In this document: positions 57,819-64,000 of the stretch, one piece after another
Numbering within the stretch: the stretch's first letter is position 1
Layout of the letters: the number at the start of each line of letters is the position of its first letter
Source of the DNA: an uncultured Acidobacteriaceae bacterium
GTDB taxonomy: Bacteria; Acidobacteriota; Terriglobia; Terriglobales; Acidobacteriaceae
Reading direction: 5' to 3'
DNA: 64,000 nucleotides
Assembly (NCBI GenBank): GCA_963799445.1
Contig: CAWCXX010000044.1
Coordinates: 11,989-75,988, forward strand
The notes under the pieces: generated by a model
What the model saw: the letters and a program-made list of their open reading frames with translations, nothing else
Told to the model about the DNA's origin: nothing
Database searches by the model: none
Translations under genes and position numbers: made by a program

Positions 57819-58395
57819 CTAGATACAGATACCCCTCCGCAAATCAATCGCAAACGGCTTTTCCTGATCCGTCCTCATCTCCCAACCCGTCCCGCGCAGC
57901 ACGCCGTTTTCAACTTCCGTAATCGTCAGTCCCTCGTCCGAGAGCTTCTCCGACTCCCACGCCTGCCCCTCGCGTCCCCACGCCAGAATCGAATGATGCC
58001 CAACAAAAAGCAGCAAGCCCTCGGCCGCTATCGGCCGAATCTCCAGCACCGGCCGGTAATTGATCATCGTGAACCGCTCCGGCGCGGTGGTGTCGATCAG
58101 GTACGCGTACCCTCCTGCAACCGCGCAGAGTTCTTCTGGTCTTGGAGCAGACCATAGGCCGGTCGGCACAGCAGGATCGCGAAACCCCAGCGCGCAGGTG
58201 GCCAGAAATTTCTGTCCGTCATCGCCTTCCGGCCGGATCAGCACCTCCAGCGCGCCGCGCTCTACCTCTTCCGCCTCTCGCGGATAAACGAAGTGTCGCG
58301 CAGGCAGAATCAGCGGCCGCGCCAGCTAGCACCTCTGCCTGCCATCGATGCGGAAAGCTGAGGTCGACGGTCGGCCTGCGCCCCGTCCCGCTCAT
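57819..58395 (-). CDS. Hypothetical protein (probable frameshift near 58325)
   Basis: ORF 57819-58244 extends upstream (RPLILPARHFVYP..EEVERGALEVL); an ATG at 58395 in another frame is the probable start. Confidence 0.55.
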
Positions 58396-58908
58396 GGCTG
58401 CGCCTTGTACTCGAGAATCCAGCGCAGTTGCTCATTCGGTATCGGGAATCATGCATCCCCGCGCCGCCTGAATGGCCTCTAATGCATCCGTTGCCTTCCA
58501 GCCCAGGTGGATGAGCGTGCACGCCGCGGTCAAAGGAGCCCTGCCGATGCTTCCCCGGCAGTGCATGCCGATCCGCTCCCCCGCGCGAAGCCGATCCGCC
58601 ACACCAGTCACAAACGACCGAAACGTTGAAACATTCGGCGGAACATGCACATCGGGAATCGGGTAGGAGAGAAATTGCATTCCGGCTTCCCTGGCCAGCG
58701 CGCCTTCCTTCGCAAGGCCAAGCATCGCGGCTTCCTTCGTCTCCAGCAGCGAGACGAGCGTTTCCACGCCGCTGCGCCGTATATGCAGCAGTTCGTCCTT
58801 AAGCCAGCCATCGCCATGCGGGCAAATCACAATGGCGAGCGGCGCAGGCGGGTTGCCCTCAATCCACAAAACATCACTCACGCGCTCAAACCCCCACAAG
58901 CCGGACAC
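58392..58908 (-). CDS. Protein-tyrosine / dual-specificity phosphatase-like protein (probable frameshift near the 3' end)
   Basis: PIPD..VP and HCRGSIGRA (CX5R); a PDT-EQL-like C-terminus continues in another frame to ~58392. Confidence 0.85.
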
Positions 58909-59085
58909 AAATTCTCGAATTCCTCATGACAATTTTGATGATAGACGGTGAGCTCGGAGCCAATGCGCGCCAATCGTCGCTCACCACAGCCTCCCGTGCA
59001 GTGGAACCCTTGCAAAAATGCGAAAATAACATATAGCGTCCGGTTTCCGTTCCATCATCCGTCCGGCGCAAGAGGGCTCTCAAAC

Positions 59086-59907
59086 ATGCTGCGCGTTCTG
59101 TCGACTCATCTATTTCTGAATCACCGTCTGCACCCGGGCCTGCTTGAGCTTGCGTCCCGCTCCGGCGCGCAGGCGGTGGAGATTTTCGCCGCGCGCCAGC
59201 ACTTCGACTACACCAGCCGCGAGCACGTCGCCGAACTGGCCGAGTGGTTCCGCTCCAATCCGCTCCAGCCCTTCTCCATGCACGCCCCGCTCTTTCCCGA
59301 CCGCGAGATGGGCCGCGCCGGCGCGCCGGGAGTGAATGTGCTGCACCCCGACAAGGCCCGCCGCATCGAAGCCATGGATGAGATCAAGCGCGCGCTCGAA
59401 TCCGCCGAGCACATTCCGCTGCGCAATCTCGTCGTCCATCTCGGCGAGCGCGACGATACCTGGTCGCCGCGCGCCATCGAGTTTGCGGTCACCGCGCTCG
59501 AGCACCTGGGCGCCTTTGCCCGCCCGCTCGGCGTCCGTCTGCTGGTCGAAAATCTGCTCAGCGAGGTCACCACTCCCGAGCATCTCGTCGCCATCCTCGA
59601 AATGGGCCACCTTGACAATGTCGGCGTCTGCCTCGATCTCGGCCACGCGCACATGACTGTCGGCATCGCGGAAGCCATCGCGACCTTCGGCGCCCGCATC
59701 GCCTCCGTTCACGTTCACGACAACCACGCCCTAAAGGATGAGCACCTGTGGCCCGGCGATGGCACCATCGACTGGCCTGCCACGGCGAAAGCCCTCAAAG
59801 ATCTCGCTATGCCTCCCGCAACCGTCCTCGAGATCGCCCACAACCTTCCCGACGCCCCCGATACATTGCCCGCGCGGATGGAACAGTCCTTCGCGCTCTT
59901 CGACTGA
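59086..59907 (+). CDS. Sugar phosphate isomerase/epimerase (xylose-isomerase-like TIM barrel)
   Basis: SMHAP, VVHLG, VEN, CLDLGHAH, HVHDN..DEHL.PGDGTIDW. Confidence 0.88.
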   Translation: MLRVLSTHLFLNHRLHPGLLELASRSGAQAVEIFAARQHFDYTSREHVAELAEWFRSNPLQPFSMHAPLFPDREMGRAGAPGVNVLHPDKARRIEAMDEIKRALESAEHIPLRNLVVHLGERDDTWSPRAIEFAVTALEHLGAFARPLGVRLLVENLLSEVTTPEHLVAILEMGHLDNVGVCLDLGHAHMTVGIAEAIATFGARIASVHVHDNHALKDEHLWPGDGTIDWPATAKALKDLAMPPATVLEIAHNLPDAPDTLPARMEQSFALFD

Positions 59908-59949
59908 GCCCCTCGCCCCGCATGCCAGCTTCCGAAAGGCGAAGCTCTG

Positions 59950-61845
59950 CTATGGTAACAGCGTCCGCGGCGTAGGACGGCATTGCGTGGGCAGTAAGCT
60001 GAATCGCGAACAGCCGTTCCTCGGCGGGGTGATCGGCCCGGTTTCCACATTCGCGCCCCAGCCATTCACCAGCAATGCGCCGTCCACCGATCCCAGCCCC
60101 GTGGCCAGGTTGTACTCCGCGCCATCCGCCGTAAACCCCGCCACTCCCGGAACGCTGTTGTTGCCCGAAGGCGTGGCGTGAAATGGATCGGCAGCCGCGC
60201 CCGCCAGCGCATACAATCGCGCATTGGCGTTGCCCTGCTTCGCGCCGCTTCTGCTTGTCCACCACCAGCGCCATCACGCCCGCAAACGCCGGCGACGCCA
60301 CCGAGGTTCCCGAGACAATCCAATTCGATCCGTTCTCCACCATGAAATAGCCGTCGTGGTCCGCGGCCGATAGCGCAACATCCGGCACAGCTCTCATCCC
60401 GTTCGCCGCGCCCGCTCCATTCACCTCCGCTTGCCATGCCGGCTGTGCGTACACCGTGCTCGCGCCGCCGCCCGACGCCCACAGCCCCGTCCCGCCGTTC
60501 AACGCGCTCTCGTTCCACACCTCCTCGGGAATGTAGCTCATGCGCCGATCCGTAACCCGCCGAGTTCGCCGTGGCCCAGTACTGCGCGGCATTCGCGCCC
60601 TCGTTGAACTCCGTTCCGCCCACGCATGTCGCATACGGCGAGCTGCACATCCCGTTCACCGCGTTCCCCGACCCTTCCGTGTCCGCGCCTGCTTCGCACC
60701 CGGCCGCGCCCGCGTCGCCCGAGGCCACAAACACGCTCATTCCCTGGCTCGCCGCCTGCTCCCACAGGCTGTTGTAAAACTCGAGCTCCGCCGCGCCCAT
60801 CTCCCGCTCGCAACTGCCATAACTCACGCTCACCACCGGCGCAGTCGCGTGGTTCACAATGTACTCGGCAGCCAGATCCACGCCGTCCGTCGTCCGCGTC
60901 GACGCCGCGGCCACCAGGCTCACCGCCGCATCCGGCGCAACCGCCCCGCTCCACTCCACGTCCAGCGTCGACTCATCCTGATCGCTTGCCACCAGTCCCG
61001 GATCCGTTCCGTCCACAATCACCTTGGGGCCGCTCGCCGCCAGGCCCGCCATCGAGCGAAACGCCGCCACGTCGCTCAGGTTGATGTTGCTACGCCCCGC
61101 AATCGCAATCGCGCTTCCAGTCCCCGCCGTCCCCGCGCTGTACAGCGGGTTCAAGTCGTAGATCAGTCGCAAAATCCGCGGGAAACAGATAATGCGTGCT
61201 GCCCGCCGTGTACTGCGGCTGCGCACCAAGCGCCCTCCGCGCCTTCATCTCCGATCTGCGCCTGAAATCGTGCAGCGAGACCACACCGCTCACCACGCCG
61301 GCCAGCGCCGCCGGAATCTGCGGGTCTTGTGAATTGGCAATATGTTCAGCGCCATTCACCCGATAAACGTGCATCTCCGTATGAAACGTGTCGAACACCT
61401 GTCCGGCCGTGCCGGAAAAGACCACCAGTCGGCCTCCCGCCGGAATCTCGTCCACCGTGAATCCCTGCTCCGTGAGCCACGCCGTCACCTGCGCCATCTC
61501 CGGCTCGCTCACTCCGAACTGCGCACCATACTCGGCCGGCGTCAGCCATTGGTGATAGAGCGGCGATCGCGGATTCTGCTGCTCCTCGACCAGCGCGTCG
61601 AGTGCCGTTTGTTGCGCGGGCGAGGGCTTGAGCAGCAGCACCATTCGCTCCAGCCGCGTGCCGGCATCCGCCGTGCCCTGGTCGAACTCCGCCCGCGCCA
61701 GCGGATGCACGTTGCCTTCGAGCGTGACCACCTGCGTTTCGTCAATGCCATTCAATCCGTGAATGACGAGCGATTGCGCTGAAGCGCACGATGCCGTTGC
61801 CGCGAGCGCGAACGCTCCGGCCAGGAACAAACCTTGTCGGGCCAA
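59950..61845 (-). CDS. S53 (sedolisin/kumamolisin) peptidase with prodomain (frameshifts ~61165, ~60540, ~60240)
   Basis: SPLYHQWLTPAEYGAQFG prodomain, ESTLDVEW, ASGDAG, RAVPDVA, GTSVASP, YNLATGLGS. Confidence 0.92.
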
Positions 61846-61986
61846 TTTTGTGCGATCTCTCTTTCAAGACCGGGAAGCGCTGGCGGCGGCACATCCTGAG
61901 AGAGCGTGGCTCTTCACATCGTGTGGGGTAGCCGCGCCAGGTTGATTCCGCGGTCTGAGTTGTTTCTAATGTAGACCGGATTCTTA

Positions 61987-62880
61987 GAGCGTGTTTCATA
62001 AACACCGCCTCAGCGTGATCCAGAAGCAGGCGATGTAGAAGAAGGCGTAGTAGGTAGAGAGCAGATGCTCATGACGTACAAGCAATCGGCGGAACTGACC
62101 AAGCCAGGCGTTGGTGCGCTCCACGATCCAGCGGCGTCTGTAGCGGCGCATCTTACGTCCGTCTTCATAGCGCCGCCGCTTGTTGTTCTTGCGGTAGGGC
62201 GCAATCAACTCGATGGCCCGCTTCTTCAATCGCTCACGCAGCGGGTCGGAGTCGTAGCCAGCGTCGGCGATTACGCGTTTCGGTTTTTGCCGCGGCCGGC
62301 CTTTGGGGCGCGGGACGCGGACTTCCTGGAGCGTGGCTTCCGCAAGCGTAACTTCTGCCGGAGAGGCACTTTCCAGCCGAACTCCCAGCGGAAGACCTTG
62401 ACCGTTGACCAGTACCATCCACTTCGTCCCCTTGCCGCGCTTGGTTTTACCGACCGCATCGCCCCCTTTTTGGCTGGGGCGAAGCTGCCGTCCAGGAAGG
62501 TCTCGTCCCACTTTAGCAATCCTTCCTGGTCTAGCGCGCCCAACAGAGCACGCCACGCATCCAGCCACACGCCTTCGTCCTGCCACTGCTTCAGCCGCCG
62601 CCAGCAGGTCGCCGGCGAGGGATATTCGTCGGGAAGAAATCGCCACGCCGCTCCGGTCTGCAGAATCCACAGAATCCCCTCAAAACAAGCCCGGTTCGAC
62701 GCCCAGGGCCGTCCCCGGTTGTCCTTCCTGCGCCGTGGTTGGGGCAACAACGGCTCGATCAACTCCCACTGCTCATCCGTCACAAGCTTCTGCCGCTTCT
62801 TCATGACAGAAGCTCATCAGCCAACCAGCCTCACGCGTAAGTACTTAGCTTGAGGCCGAACCTATTTATGAAACACGCTC
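61987..62880 (-). mobile_element. IS5-family insertion sequence, 894 bp, apparently intact
   Basis: Perfect 16-bp TIRs GAGCGTGTTTCATAAA / TTTATGAAACACGCTC, TA on both flanks. Confidence 0.93.
61996..62804 (-). CDS. IS5-family transposase, two ORFs joined at an AAAAAGGGGG slippery site (~62462-62471)
   Basis: TDEQWELIEPLLP..GRP..GILWIL.TG..WR.LP; DGS; IADAGYDS; RWIVERTNAWL..FRRL. Confidence 0.92.
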
Positions 62881-62980
62881 TAGATAGCTTTGGTCTCTTC
62901 CGAATTAATTTTGCGCCAACCAATCACCAACGTACTTTGCGCTGTCTCGAAGCAAGACAATGTGTCCGCACCGCGCACAG

Positions 62981-63474
62981 CGCAGCCAAAATCGCATTCG
63001 ACTGTTGGGAAATTCTTAATGTCGCAATTCTTGCCGGGGTGCCCCAGGTCTCGCTTTTGAGCGCGGCCAAAATCGCATTCGACTGTTGGGAAATTCTCAA
63101 TGTCGCAATTCCTGCTGGGGTGCCCCAGGTCTCGCTTTTGAGACCTGGGATAGCACGATCCCTTCCTCACCACTCTTAACTCGGCACGAACCCTGGGGTG
63201 CCCCAGGTCTCGCTTTTGAGACCTGGGATAGCACGAACCTCATAACCAGAAACACAAATTCACGCGGTCGTCACCTCAGCAAATCCTCGGCAACTGGAAA
63301 ATTTTCAAGTTCGCTTTCTCTGAAATATCCAGAGCGAACCAGGGAAAATTCTTAATGTCGCAATTCTTGCTGGGGTGCCCCAGGTCTCGCTTTTGAGACC
63401 TGGGATAGCACGAACCTCATAACCAGAAACACAAATTCACGCGGTCGTCACCTCAGCAAATCCTCGGCAACTGC
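62981..63474. repeat. REP-like cluster with tandem duplications, including a duplicated 3' end of hypE
   Basis: Four GGGTGCCCCAGGTCTCGCTTTTGAG units; 81-bp tandem pair at 62981/63062; ~100-bp duplication ending ctcagcaaatcctcggcaactg at ~63296 and ~63474. Confidence 0.88.
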
Positions 63475-64000
63475 TCGCCGATCATCGTGGGAATCACGCG
63501 GTTTGCGCCCATCGCCGTGCGCGCCACGAGCATCCGCTTATGTTCCGCGGTCACATGGCCAATGCGCGCGGCTTCGCGACCTAACGGATGCGCGCGCAGC
63601 ACGGTAAGTAAGCTGTCTGCCGCCTCGGGCGCCACGAAGAACACAGCCTTGCCCTCATTCGCCACGTACATCGGGTCGAGCCCCAGCAGCTCGCACGCCG
63701 ACTGCACCTCAACCCGCACCGGCACGCGGGCCTCGTCGATCACAACGCCCACAGCGGAAGCCTGCGCAATCTCATTCAGCGTTGAGGCCAATCCGCCGCG
63801 TGTGGGGTCGCGCATGGCGTGCACCGCCGCGCCGGCAGCGTCGAGCACATCGGCAATCATCCCGTTCAGTGCCGCGCAGTCGCTCCTGATCTGGCTCTCG
63901 AACTCCAGCCCCTCGCGTACGCTCATGATCGCCATGCCGTGGTCGCCAATGGTTCCCGAAACAATCACCGCGTCGCCGGGCAGCGCGCGATGCGGGCCCA
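63453..64000 (-). CDS. hypE: Hydrogenase maturation protein HypE (3' part; 5' end outside window)
   Basis: SGTIGDHG, SDCA.L, MRDPTRGG, ANEGK, C-terminal GEQLPRIC. Confidence 0.96.
   Translation of the reverse strand, partial: GPHRALPGDAVIVSGTIGDHGMAIMSVREGLEFESQIRSDCAALNGMIADVLDAAGAAVHAMRDPTRGGLASTLNEIAQASAVGVVIDEARVPVRVEVQSACELLGLDPMYVANEGKAVFFVAPEAADSLLTVLRAHPLGREAARIGHVTAEHKRMLVARTAMGANRVIPTMIGEQLPRIC

Noticed and set aside
61972..61986. Possible eighth MITE end (tagaccggatt) beside the IS5
   Set aside because: Only about 11 nt match the copy 4/5 TIR; there is no TGTA at +19 and no partner end after removing the IS.
62981..63474. CRISPR-like array near hypE
   Set aside because: Spacing is irregular and the intervening sequences are themselves duplicated; this fits a REP cluster.

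Overview
GC-rich bacterial chromosome segment whose gene content and repeat types resemble Acidobacteriota (Acidobacteriaceae-like; this is an inference). Most of it is housekeeping or metabolic: cheA-cheW-cheY-cheB, cdd-pdp-nupC, cmk, mutL, pta/ptb, dps, acyl-CoA dehydrogenase, prmC, ndk, gyrB, a GAF-GGDEF protein, moaA, ubiE/menG, a CDF transporter, rsmB-fmt-def-aroC, otsA/otsB, mlaE/F, rsmE, glpF, trpB2, LOG, a PHP+GT4 pair, an S53 peptidase and hypE. About 21 genes, including essential ones, are broken by small frameshifts, most likely long-read indel errors. Accessory or unusual content: (1) a candidate peptide-signalling module at 24.2-27.2 kb, made of a small secreted Pro/Cys peptide, an orphan 7-TM membrane protein and a convergent membrane-anchored helical protein; (2) seven dispersed ~110-115 bp TA-flanked hairpin elements whose terminal repeats differ in sequence but keep pairing and an invariant TGTA at positions 19-22; (3) a decayed class IIC group II intron downstream of a terminator, itself hit by one of those elements; (4) an unannotated 27-aa histone-H1-like microprotein gene; (5) a membrane sensor/HAMP-like region fused to trehalose-6-P synthase; (6) higBA and DUF4160/DUF2442 TA-type pairs, a Ser/Thr kinase-TPR gene, an intact IS5-family element and several REP and short tandem repeat families. 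No tRNA, rRNA or CRISPR array was seen.
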